NCBI RefSeq assembly: GCF_964204645.1
Contig: NC_134026.1
Span: 25,826,150 to 25,890,149, forward strand
Direction of reading: 5' to 3'
Origin: Tubulanus polymorphus
Lineage: Eukaryota > Animalia > Nemertea
DNA length: 64,000 nt
Positions 1-11,732 of this stretch are shown here, one piece after another. The notes under the pieces were generated by a model. The model saw only the letters and a program-made list of their open reading frames with translations. It searched no databases and was not told the DNA's origin. Made by a program: the position numbers and the translations under genes. Numbering within the stretch: the stretch's first letter is position 1; the number at the start of each line of letters is the position of its first letter.

Positions 1-38
1 CTAAAAGCAGAGGAGAGGAGATAAACGTACCACCAAAT

Positions 39-520
39 CAGTATGTGTATCACTGTTTCAGTATATGTATCACTGTTTCAGTACATGTATCACTGTTTAA
101 GTACATGTATCTATGTTTCAAGATGGCTGAACTCCACAGCAGCTATCAGCATTATTCAGTGAAGTTGATAAGTTGATGTAGAAGCAACTACCATACAGCA
201 ATAATCAACGAGAAATATTATTTCAAACGAATTGTTATCATTTTTCTAAGCCTATTATTATTCTATACCTATTATCATTTCATACCTATCATCACTTAAT
301 ATATTATTCTATATCTATCATTATTTCATATCTATTATTATCTTATACCTATTTCAAATATCAAAGAGCGAAGGAGGTCACATCAACAAGCCAATATCAT
401 AGTTATTGAACGGTGACATCACCCCTAGGAAGGGGAGGTAGAACAAGCCACCATATCAGTATACATATCAATGTTTCAGTGCACATGTATCAATGTTTCA
501 AGATAGCTGAACTTAACAGC
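39..520. repeat. 20-bp tandem repeat (CAGTAYRTGTATCAMTGTTT), ~4 copies at 39-120, partly duplicated at ~457-520
   Basis: The unit is visible at 39, 59, 79 and 99. Both blocks are followed by 'caagatrgctgaact'. Confidence 0.8.
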
Positions 521-571
521 AATTTACATAGCGTACCAGTACAACACCATGTACTACAACACTAAGTTTGA

Positions 572-1850
572 AGTCTTAGACTTAGACCTATCCCATAAGC
601 AGTCTTAGTAGTCTAACATTTAGACCTATCCCACAAGTAGTCTTAGTAGTCTTACACTTAGACCTATTCCCCAAGTAGTCTTAGTAGTCTTACACTTAGA
701 CCTATTCCGCAAGCAGTCTTAGTAGTCTTACACTTAGACCTATCCCGCAAGCAGTCTTAGAAGTCTTACACTTAGACCTATCCCGCAAGCAGTCATAGTC
801 TTACACTTAGACCTATTCTGCAAGCAGTCTTAGTAGTCTTACACTTAGACCTATCCTACAAGCAGTCTTAGAAGTCTTACACTTAGTCCTATCCTACAAG
901 CAGTCTTAGTAGTCTTACACTTAGACCTATCCTACAAGTAGTCTTACACTAAGACCTATTCCGCAAGCAGTCTTAGTAGTCTTACACTTAGACCTATCCC
1001 GCAAGCAGTCTTAGTAGTCTTACACTTAGACCTATCCCGCAAGCAGTCTTAGTAGTCTTACACTTAGACCTATTCCGCAAGCAGTCTTAATAGTCTTACA
1101 CTTAGACCTATCCCGCAAGCAGTTTTAGTAGTCTTACACTTAGACCTATCCTACAAGTAGTCTTAGTAGTCTTACACTTAGACCTATCCCGCAAGTAGTC
1201 TTAGTAGTCTTACACTTAGACCTATCCTACAAGTTGTCTTACACTAAGACCTATTCTGCAAGCAGTCTTAGTAGTCTTACACTTAGACCTATCCCGCAAG
1301 CAGTCTTAGTAGTCTTACACTTAGACCTATCCTGCAAGCAGTCTTAGTAGTCTTACACTTAGACCTATTCCGCAAGCAGTCTTAATAGTCTTACACTTAG
1401 ACCTATCCCGCAAGCAGTCTTAATAGTCTTACACTTAGACCTATCCCGCAAGCAGTTTTAGTAGTCTTACACTTAGACCTATCCTACAAGTAGTCTTAGT
1501 AGTCTTACACTTAGAACTATCCCGCAAGCAGTCTTAGTAGTCTTACACTTAGACCTATCCTACAAACAGTCTTAGAAGTCTTACACTTAGACCTATCCTA
1601 CAAGAAGTCTTAGTAGTCTTACACTTAGACCTATCCTACAAGCAGTCTTAGTAGTCTTACACTTCGACCTATCCCGCAAGTAGTCTTAGTAGTCTTACAC
1701 TTAGACCTATTCCGCAAGCAGTCTTAGTAGTCTTACACTTAGACCTATCCTGCAAGCAGTCTTAGTCTTACACTTAGACCTATCCTACAAGCAGTCTTAG
1801 AAGTCTTACATTAGACCTATCCCATGAGCAGTCTTACAATTAGACCTATC
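572..1850. repeat. 38-bp minisatellite (GTCTTACACTTAGACCTATCCCGCAAGCAGTCTTAGTA), roughly 33 copies
   Basis: Period 38 measured directly (gacctatt at 661 and 699). Some units carry short deletions. Confidence 0.95.
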
Positions 1851-2010
1851 CTTTAAGAAAGACTCTTAGGCTTAAATACTTTGATAGTTGCTCAAGGAAA
1901 GAGAATTCTTATCGATGTCTCTTAAGACAAATCCACTAGAGGTATCTTATACTGTGTCTAATGGAAATCTTCTTAACCACTGTTCAGTATAAATTCGGTA
2001 TTACCAGCAG

Positions 2011-2019
2011 CATCATCAT

Positions 2020-2050
<31 letters not shown>

Positions 2051-2360
2051 GCCACCGCCACCACCACCACCACCACCACCACCACCACCACCAGAGGGAG
2101 AGCGAGAGGGAGAGGGAGAGCGAGAGCGAGGGCGAGGGGGAGGGGGAGGGGGAGGGGGAGGGGGAGGGGGAGGGGGAGGGGGAGGGGGAGGGGGAGGGGG
2201 AGGGGGAGGGGGAGGGGGAGGGGGAGGGGGAGGGGGAGGGGGAGGGGGAGGGGGAGGGGAGGGGGAGGGGGAGGGGGAGGGGGAGGGGGAGGGAGGGAGA
2301 GGGAGGGAGGGAGGGAGAGAGGGAGAGAGGGAGAGAGGGAGAGAGGGAGAGAGAGAGGCA
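2011..2360. repeat. Compound microsatellite (CAT)n-(CACCGC)n-(CAC)n followed by an almost purine-only (GAGGGG)n/(GA)n tract
   Basis: Direct reading. About 25 GAGGGG units give G-quadruplex/H-DNA potential. Confidence 0.95.
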
Positions 2361-3015
2361 GTTTAACGTCGTACCTCAGGACAACTTTAAAACACTGGTA
2401 AAAGTATAAAGCCAAGATTGAATGAATTCTTCTTATGGTTGTATCAAAATAAATCATTTTATGAAAATGTGGACTAAACTGTATTAAAAATCTGGGCTAA
2501 AATAGCTTAAATCGACGTATAGATATTATTTAGTTAAGAAAATTAAAAGGCTTTCAGATAATATCCAAGATCCAAGTTTTAAAGATACCTAAAAAGTATA
2601 TTTACAAGTAGAAATTATAATCAATAAAAAAATAAAAAATGAACAAATAAAAACCAACGACTATTTACAATTTTACAATATGTACAAGTGGTGTTAGTAC
2701 AGATAAAATGTGTCAATTTGATGAAATATCTAAATTTCTAGTTTTCATCATTATTTACCTATAATAATAAAAGCCCAAGTGAGTTTAGAATAACTGTGCC
2801 AGGCCAATCACTCACTCGATGATCATCAATTACTGGTACTACACAATCACAGAGAGAGTGGTTTTTACCGCGCGGTATATAAGGCCAGGTGCACCTCCCA
2901 ATGATAATGCCACCTATAATGTTTGGCTTATTGTGTGTTGATATGTACATTGATATTTATTGAATGAGAAAGCTGCAGGTAGTAGAGAAGAGCGATAGAA
3001 AAAAATTGTATGCAG

Positions 3016-3600
3016 AAAACAAGTGCATATGAGACACAGGAGATTGCTGAAATTCAATACGGCTACCAGTCAGCCATCTTGATTGTGAGATGAAAAGAAG
3101 ATAAATCCAATTCAGTCACCAGTCAGCCATCTTTATAAAGAAAATAAAAAAATGAAATCTGATATGGTCACCAGTTAAGCTTTACAACCAATATGGCCAC
3201 AGGTCAGCCATTTTAGTGTGATTTCAACCATTGTGGTACCTTATACCTTTTCCTTGAAAATGATAAATCAACAGTATGTGTAAACATGGCTGCCAGTCAG
3301 CCATCTTGATTCAGAGTTCATAGCCAAAATGAATATCAATCATTACCATGGCACTCTAGCCCTAACTTATTCAAACTAAACCCCTAAAGTTTTGAGAATT
3401 AAATATGGCTGCCAGTCAGCCTTCTTGAGCATGCATGTAACTAATGCTTCACTTAGCACCCTACAAATTTTCCATGGTAATAATGATTTTGAGTACTAGA
3501 CTAAATAATAGTTTTAACTATCAAATCTGGCTGCCAGTTAGCCATCTTAAGTGCCGCTATTAATGTGGACAGATGGGCAGGCCACAGCCACGACAATACA
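3016..3600. mobile_element. Probable non-autonomous interspersed element (Helentron/pearl-like) with a repeated quasi-palindromic ATGGCTGCCAGTCAGCCATCTT core
   Basis: Core at ~3061, 3116, 3164, 3193, 3287, 3405 and 3528, followed by a GACAGATGG-type tail at ~3567. An isolated copy of the core lies at ~15753. The class assignment is inference. Confidence 0.45.
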
Positions 3601-4819
3601 TTGTGCAACTAAAGACTAAAGAGAAATAAGTGAAACATGAAAGATTATGGGGGATATATGAAAATGAAACAAGGTTAGAAATAGTTTCATTCAATAAATA
3701 TAGCTGTTTATATGAAATGTGTTTGAGAACCTTAAAAGTGGTGACACTAGTGGTCCAGGGACACCATGCCCTTTGGATGAAATGCTTGACAATCTAAAAT
3801 TGCGCCCGGTGAACACATACACAAACCAATGACCTTTAAACTCATCACAACCATACCAACAACGAATACCAAAATAAATGGAACAATTTCATACAATTCA
3901 ATATCAGGCTAACCCCAATTCCACGTATGGAGATGTGTCCAATGACAATGCTACGAATTAGCAAATTATCAAGACTAGATGTTAAAACCTGTTAAAACAT
4001 GGGCACTATGGGCATGCATATATAAGAAACATCAATCAAATTGGGTGAAGCATCTCTAAAATTTCCCTTGTAAAATTCAAAAATGTGTACAAAGTACTGA
4101 AGTACTGATTTTGGCGAACAATAATCACCGCCAGTTGGCCATATTGATTCTGTTTGGGCCTTCTTTTGGTGTCTAGGGTAGATACATGTATAAACCAAAT
4201 ATCATGACGATCCATTGAAGCATCTTACCAAAAATTTGTCAGATTCTGTCTACAGACAGAAGACGATAGACAAAAAGTGAATGCAACAGTCTATATGTGC
4301 TTAAAAGTTCGAGAAGATCAAAAGAAATATTTGAGAAAAAAAACTTTAAAGAAGAACCCCATAGAATTTAGGATAGAAATAATAAACCTAAAAAACTAGA
4401 AAAATCATTTTTTTTCATTTCCCTATTTTCCTAAATAATTAAAAATCGATTCAAAAATCTATTCTTTCCTTCAGTAACAATCGATCTTATATACAAATCA
4501 TATCCTAGAAAAAAACCATCCAAGATGAATCCCACACATAAAAATATAAAACTGATATCTAAAAGGAATCTTTTCTATGAAAAAACTGTTCCATTTTAAC
4601 AATTAAAATGACATCAATTATGCTCAAATGCTCTATTGAATAATGAACTGACTTGTAAATACTTCTGACATCGAACACGAAACAAAGGTAAAAATAGATC
4701 TAACAATTAATTTTTTTTATTTAATCAGAATGCCCTGACACAAGTTGATTCATAATCATCTGTTCCATTACTCGAATGTTACTGACATCATCAAATCCAT
4801 ATCACACTAAAATATTTCA

Positions 4820-7420
4820 ATGACCCAGGAGTAATTCTATTGATGACAAAATTTACCCTCAGTTCATCAATCATAAAAAAAACCTAACCCTATTCTATCA
4901 TGATTAAAAAAAACATATGAAACTTTATCATTATTTTACTGATGAACTGAGAGTAATTCTATCAATGACAAATTTACCCTCAGTTCATAGCATAATAAAA
5001 ATAACCTCACTACAGTATTCTATCATGATTCAAACTGATCAATTTTACTTTAATTATATTCTAGTGTTAATCCTACTAACTATATAATTAATGTATTTTA
5101 CTGGTGACCCTGAGAGTAATTCTATCAATGACAAATTTACCCTCAGTTCATAAAACAATAAAAATAACCTCACAACAGTATTCTATCATGATTCAAACTG
5201 ATCAATTTTACTTTATATATATCTTAGTGTTAATCCTACTAACTATATGATTAATGTATTTTACTGATGATCCTGAGAGTAATTCTATCAATGACAAAAT
5301 TACCCTCAGTTCATAAAACAATTACCCTCAGTTCATAAAACAATAGAAATAACCTAACAGTATTCTATCATGATTAAAACTGATCAATTTTGTTTTGAAT
5401 ATATTTTAGTGTTAATCCTACTAACTTTATAATTTATGAATTTTACTGATGACCTGAGAGTAATTCTATCAATGACAAATTTACCCTCAGTTCATAGAAT
5501 AATAAAAATAACCTACCAATATTCTATCATGATTCAAACTGATCAATTTTACTTTAATTATATTCTAGTGTTAATCCTACTAACTATATAATTAATGTAT
5601 TTTACTGGTGACCCTGAGAGTAATTCTATCAATGACAAATTTACCCTCAGTTCATAAAACAATAAAAATAACCTCACAACAGTATTCTATCATGATTCAA
5701 ACTGATCAATTTTACTTTATATATATCTTAGTGTTAATCCTACTAACTATATGATTAATGTATTTTACTGATGATCCTCAGAGTAATTCTATCAATGACA
5801 AAATTACCGTCAGTTCATAAAACAATTACCCTCAGTTCATAAAACAATAGAAATAACCTAACAGTATTCTATCATGATTAAAACTGATCAATTTTGTTTT
5901 GAATATATTTTAGTGTTAATCCTACTAACTTTATAATTTATGAATTTTACTGATGACCTGAGAGTAATTCTATCAATGACAAATTTACCCTCAGTTCATA
6001 GAATAATAAAAATAAGCTACCAATATTCTATCATGATTAAAACTGATCAATTTTACTATATTTTACTGATAATCCTTCGAAATTTATAATTTATGGATTT
6101 TACTTATGACCTGAGAGTAATTCTATCAATGACAAATTTACCCTCAGTTCATAGAACAATAAAAATAACCTACCAATATTCTATCATGATTAAAACTGAT
6201 CAATTTTACTATAAATATATTTTACTGATAATCCTTCAAAATTTATAATTTATGAATTTTACTTATGACCTGAGAGTAATTCTATCAATGACAAATTTAC
6301 CCTCAGTTCATAGAATAATAAAAATAATCTACCAATATTCTATCATGATTAAAACTGATCAATTTTACTATAAATATATTTTACTGATAATCCTTCTAAA
6401 TTTATAATTTATGAATTTTACTTATGACCTGAGAGTAATTCTATCAATGACAAATTTACCCTCAGTTCATAGAATAATAAAAATAACCTTCCAATATTCT
6501 ATCATGATTAAAACTGATCAATTTTACTATAAATATATTTTACTGATAATCCTTCTAAATTAATAATTTATGAATTTTACTTATGACCTGAGAGTAATTC
6601 TATCAATGACAAATTTACCCTCAGTTCATTAAACAATAATAAAACCTAACAGAATTCTATCATGATTGGAAAAAGCTTATTAACCTCCATTATAAACATA
6701 ATTTCATCTTCATTTTACAAAAACAAATAATAAAATTCTATTTGTTTCAATAAAACTATTTTTTTGAAAATTCAACAAGAGAAATCTGATGAAGCCTACC
6801 TATAAATGTATATTACTGATGATCCCAAGAGTGATTCTATCAATGACTAATTTACCATCAGTTCATAAAACAATAAAAATAATCCAACAGTATTCTATCA
6901 TGATTAAAACTGATCAATTTTACCTTTAATATATCTTAGTGTTAATCCTAGTCACTTTATAATTAATGTATTTTACTGATGACCTGAGAGTAATTCTATC
7001 AATTCTATCAATGACAAATTTACCCTCAGTTCATCAGGCAATGAAAAAACCTAACAGTATTATATCATCAAATTAAATCCAAAAAAATATATTGAACTTT
7101 ATCATTCATGTAGTTTACTTATGAACTGAGAGTAATTCTATCAATGACAAATTTACCCTCAGTTCAAAAAAGAAAAAAGTCTATTACAAACTGTTTCAAT
7201 AAAACTAATTTTTGAAAATTCAGAAAAAGAAATCTGATGAAGCGTTCCTATAAATGTATATTACTGATGATCCCGAGAGTAATTCTATCAATGACAAATT
7301 TACCCTCAGTTCATAAAACAATAAAAAATAACCTAACAATATTCTATCATGATTAAAAATATCTGATGAGTTAACATTAATGTATTTTATTGATGATCCC
7401 AAGAGTAATTGTATCAATGA
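4820..7420. repeat. ~160-bp AT-rich satellite with a palindromic conserved core and a 504-bp higher-order unit
   Basis: The core GAGAGTAATTCTATCAATGACAAATTTACCCTCAGTTCAT starts at 5112, 5275, 5456, 5616, 5779, 5960, 6113, 6272, 6431 and 6590, with degenerate copies on both sides. Confidence 0.95.
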
Positions 7421-7489
7421 TGAAAACTTGTTTATCCCGAATATAGAAACAAATGACTTCATACCTTTAATAACTAAACTTAAAGATAA

Positions 7490-7850
7490 TCATATAGCTT
7501 GACCTAAACTAACTTAAATAACAAGACTTAACTATACTTAAATAACTAGACTAAAATAACTAGACTAAAATACACTTAAATAACTTGGCTTAAATAGACT
7601 TAATTAACCTGGCCTAAATAGACTTAAATAACAAGACCTAAATATACTTAAATAACTAGACTAAAATAACTAGACCTAAATAGACTTAAATAACTAGACC
7701 TAAATATACTTAAATAACTAGACATTGATAGATTTAAGTAACTTGGCCTAAATAGACTTAAATAACTAGATCTAAATATACTTAGATAACTAGAAATATA
7801 CTTAAATAAATAGCCATGAATAGACTTGAATAACTATATCTAAACACAAT
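7490..7850. repeat. ~24-bp minisatellite (ACTTAAATAACTAGACCTAAATAK)
   Basis: ACTTA recurs at 7622/7646 and 7684/7708. Confidence 0.85.
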
Positions 7851-8551
7851 AAACAAATAAACTGAAATCAAAAAGTGAAGACAATAAACTCACTGACAAA
7901 CTGAAAATATCTTTAAAAAACTAGGAAAATCAGGAAAAGAAGATAAAATAAAGTATGAGAAAAAGTTCTCAATCACATTTCATATGAACTATGAGTACAA
8001 GCTCTTCGTGCATACATTATAATATATGGGCCTTTTACATAACCACTATTTATATCTGCGTTGTGGACCACGTAATTGTGTCAAAGAGTATTCAGTGATA
8101 AAACCTGGACCTTCAGTTATCCATTTCAAATATCTTGGGTTCCAATATATTATATAGTCAAATACATAGAGAAATATAGTCAAGATAGATAATTCATCAA
8201 ATTGATCTGTAGGCGTGTTCTAAAAAAACGAATATTATTTAGTTCTAAAAAATATAAAATGGTTCTAAATTATATACAAATAAAGAAGTTTAAAATAAGT
8301 ACAAATAAAACAATTTAAAATACAATACAGATTAGAGAAAATTAGTTCAAAAACTCAAAAGTTGGAGTAAATTGGAATCTTAAGCAATGAATGCCTTGAA
8401 ACATAGAATTTGGTTGAATCTTTAGGAAATAAATGAAACACTGTAACGGCAATAATCATAAAACTAACTGTTCAATAACTGGAATATCACTGAAATGTTT
8501 GTTGGCTATTGATGATGATGATGATAATGCTGGTTTTTGTTTGGATATGTA

Positions 8552-9290
8552 CCTCTATACAGGGGTTCAACCTACTCTCTCTCCCGTCCTCTATACTGGG
8601 GTTCAACCTACTCTCTATGACTGTCCTCTTTACAGGGGTTCAACCTACTCTCTCTCCCGTCCTCTATACAGGGGTTCAACCTACTCTCTATGACTGTCCT
8701 CTATAGAGGGGTTCAACCTACTCTCTATGACTGTCCTCTATACAGGGGTTCAACCTACTCTCTATGACTGTCCTCTATACAGGGGTTCAACCTACTCTCT
8801 ATGACTGTCCTCTATACAGGGGTTCAACCAGTCCTCTGACTGTCTTCTATACAAGAATCAACTTCCCATGTATATGACAGCCCTCTATACAGGGGTTCCC
8901 TCTATGACTGTTGTCTATACAAGGGTTTAACCTACTCTTGACTGCCCTCTATACACGAATTTAACCTGCACTCTCTGACTGTCCTCTCTATACAGGAATT
9001 AAATTCCCTTTTATCTGACTGTCCTCTTTACAGGGGTTTCCTCTCTGACTGTCCCCTATACAGGAATACAACCTGCACTCTCTACAGGTATTAAGTTCCC
9101 TTTTATCTGACTGTCCTCTTCACAGGGGATCCCTCTATGACTGTCCCCTATACAGGAATACAACCAGCACTCTCTGAGTGTCCTCTCTATACAGGAATTA
9201 AATTCCCTTTTATCTGACTGTCCTCTTTAAAGAGGTTTCCTCTCTGACTGTCCTCTATACAAGGGTCCTCTATACAAGGGATCAATTCCC
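8552..9290. repeat. 37-bp minisatellite (CTCTATACAGGGGTTCAACCTACTCTCTATGACTGTC), degenerating 3'
   Basis: Period 37 (8701, 8738, 8775). It diverges into longer composite units after ~8850. Confidence 0.9.
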
Positions 9291-10956
9291 CAATTTCCCA
9301 CGTATATATCCTCTATACACTTGGCAATTTTGAACATCCAAAATTTGAATAACATCTAATTTTGATTAGAATTAATCATTTCAATTCATCGTTAATGATG
9401 TTTCAATACTTGCTGATCCTAGGTCAAATCCCAGCAATTTCATTTCAAAATATCGATGATTAATCTCAATTTTCAATCACATTATCTAAAAGTATCTCAA
9501 TCTTATCTTTTATTCATTAGCTTAATTAGCGAAATACTTTTTCTCTCTCCTCTGCTCAATAAACAAGTCAAATTCTGAGCCTGATGATAATTAGGCTCAT
9601 TATTAGCCAATACAACTTCACCGACTTGACAACAACAAATTCTCTTATCAGAGATCATTCTTTTTTATTCCGCGTTTTAACTGAATCTTTACAGAATTCT
9701 ATAAGGTTCCATTTTATCGCAATTATCAATTCATGTATTGATCATCGATCAAGTGAATCATTCCATTTCACACCCTAAATAGGACCATGGGTGCAGCAGG
9801 ATCAATTGAGTAAAGTTTACCGTTGAGCATTTAAATGGATTTATGGGATTTGCAATAAGGTATGAAGATGAAATCTTAGTGCACACAAAACCACTGTGTA
9901 GTAAGCGTGTTCAACTATGATGATTTGCATGGTATTAGGTTATTCCCATGACTTACGAGCAATTTAGTTGAGATAATTGCTCGTAGCCATGACTCACTGG
10001 CACATGGCAACACAATCCATACAATTTTTACAAGGCCAACTTGGATGCTGAAGGACTATCCCAGTGACGTCATTATCGAGGAACAAGGTCAAGCATCGAT
10101 AAGTAGAAATGAGGAAAATTCATTTGCTCATTTCTCTCAGTACTTCCAATCCACTAAGAGCTGATGGACAAAACCTTCCATATTAATTCCAACGCCTATT
10201 TCTCTCCTAATGACAAAATATCAGCTGTGTATATCCAATGGTTATAATTCTACCACCCAGAACTAACAGAAAGTTACTCTCAGAACCGTTCTATAAAGAT
10301 GAACGTAGTTGATCCAATAAGTGTAATGAAATTTATTACCGTTGTTTTTGCTGTGATTTCCATTCTTGTGCAACATTTTATCCAATGTCATTATTATATG
10401 TATGCGTATGAATACATATTCCTATTCCTAAACGAGTGGATATTTGAAATCCATCCGTTCACATTTAAAGGATTTCTTTCCGCTGTTTGGCAATAGATAT
10501 TAACATTTCAAGTTTTCGCGATAAATCAAATAAATCTGTAACTAGAAAAACAAGTATTTTAATAACAATGAACAATGATTTTAAACTTGACATATGAACG
10601 TCATAGTATCAGGGGTGGGATAACATTGAGCACATTGTATTTCAATGTAATTCTATAAGATATCGCATTATGTGTAAAACATAGCTGTTCCTTCTCCGTG
10701 TTTTGAAAAGAATCACATTATGTGAATCAAAGCAATCCTTATATTTGAAAAATCCATTATTTAGAGACATTCTTTTAAATTTTTTTTCAAACTCCACAGA
10801 AAAATTATGGCAGCGATGGCACTTTCCAGCGTGTCCTAGAGGACTTTTCGAAAGGCCATAATGATTACAGCAATTGAATAGGTGATTAATTACCACGAGT
10901 ACTGCCACTGAAAAATGGCAAGGATGGATACAGATGGTAAAGATGGATACTGAGGC

Positions 10957-11248
10957 TGAATGCTGCTGCAAAATGGAATGCAAGAATGGAACTGCATGAG
11001 TTAGTTCGAATGCAGGAATGGAACTGCATGAGCGAGTTCGAATGCAGGAATGGAACTGCATTGAGTCAGTTCTAATGCAGGAATGGAACTGCATGAGTCA
11101 GTTTGAGGATGCAGGAGAGGAACTGCATGAGTCATTTTGAATGCAGGAGTGGAACTGCATGAGTCAGTTCGAATGCAGGAATGGAACTGCACGAGTCAGT
11201 TCAAATGCAGGAATGGAACTGCATGAGTCAATTTGAATGCAGGAATGG
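10957..11248. repeat. 32-bp minisatellite (GAATGCAGGAATGGAACTGCATGAGTCAGTTC), ~8-9 copies
   Basis: Period 32 (11008, 11040). Many units contain TGAGTCA. Confidence 0.92.
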
Positions 11249-11732
11249 TGTGGGAGGGTTTGGTAGGAACACAGCGGGACGTACAGTCAAAAAAATAGAT
11301 TAAAATGATTTTAAATAAGTATGGATGATATGATGGAACAAATTTTAATTTGCCCAATAAAATAAATAAAGGGATGAAATGAATTGATGGTTTCTTTTTT
11401 ATTTTTTAGTTTTTATAATTTTTTCAGGAGAACCGTAAAACTCCCTATAAAACCGGTAGCATCTGGTTTTTATATTTTTTTTTTTTTTTTAAATAAAATT
11501 GAAATGAAGGACTGCGCGCCCACTGGTTCCTAATGCAAGGGGGTTGACAGATATTTTGTGGCACCGCGCCAACTGCAGACCGACGAAGAAATGAAATGAA
11601 ACGAAATGAACGAGTTCTTAAAACTCACTTGAGCGGTAATAAAAATGAATGATGAAAGGAGTGCCGATCTGCAGACGTGCATGGGCTGATGTTGTTGCCC
11701 GGAGTGATGGCGAGTGAAGGGGGGATGGTTTT

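Noticed and set aside
1961-2457. RG-rich and LP-rich ORFs
   Set aside because: Translations of microsatellite tracts, with no independent coding evidence.
3055-3550. CRISPR array (palindromic repeat plus unique spacers)
   Set aside because: Eukaryotic context, irregular spacing (~30-120 bp), degenerate repeats and no cas genes.
4935-7320. Hammerhead ribozyme in the satellite (CTGATGA followed by a stem)
   Set aside because: The stem is not followed by the obligatory GAAA. CTGATGA is simply part of the palindrome arm pairing with TCAT(CAG).
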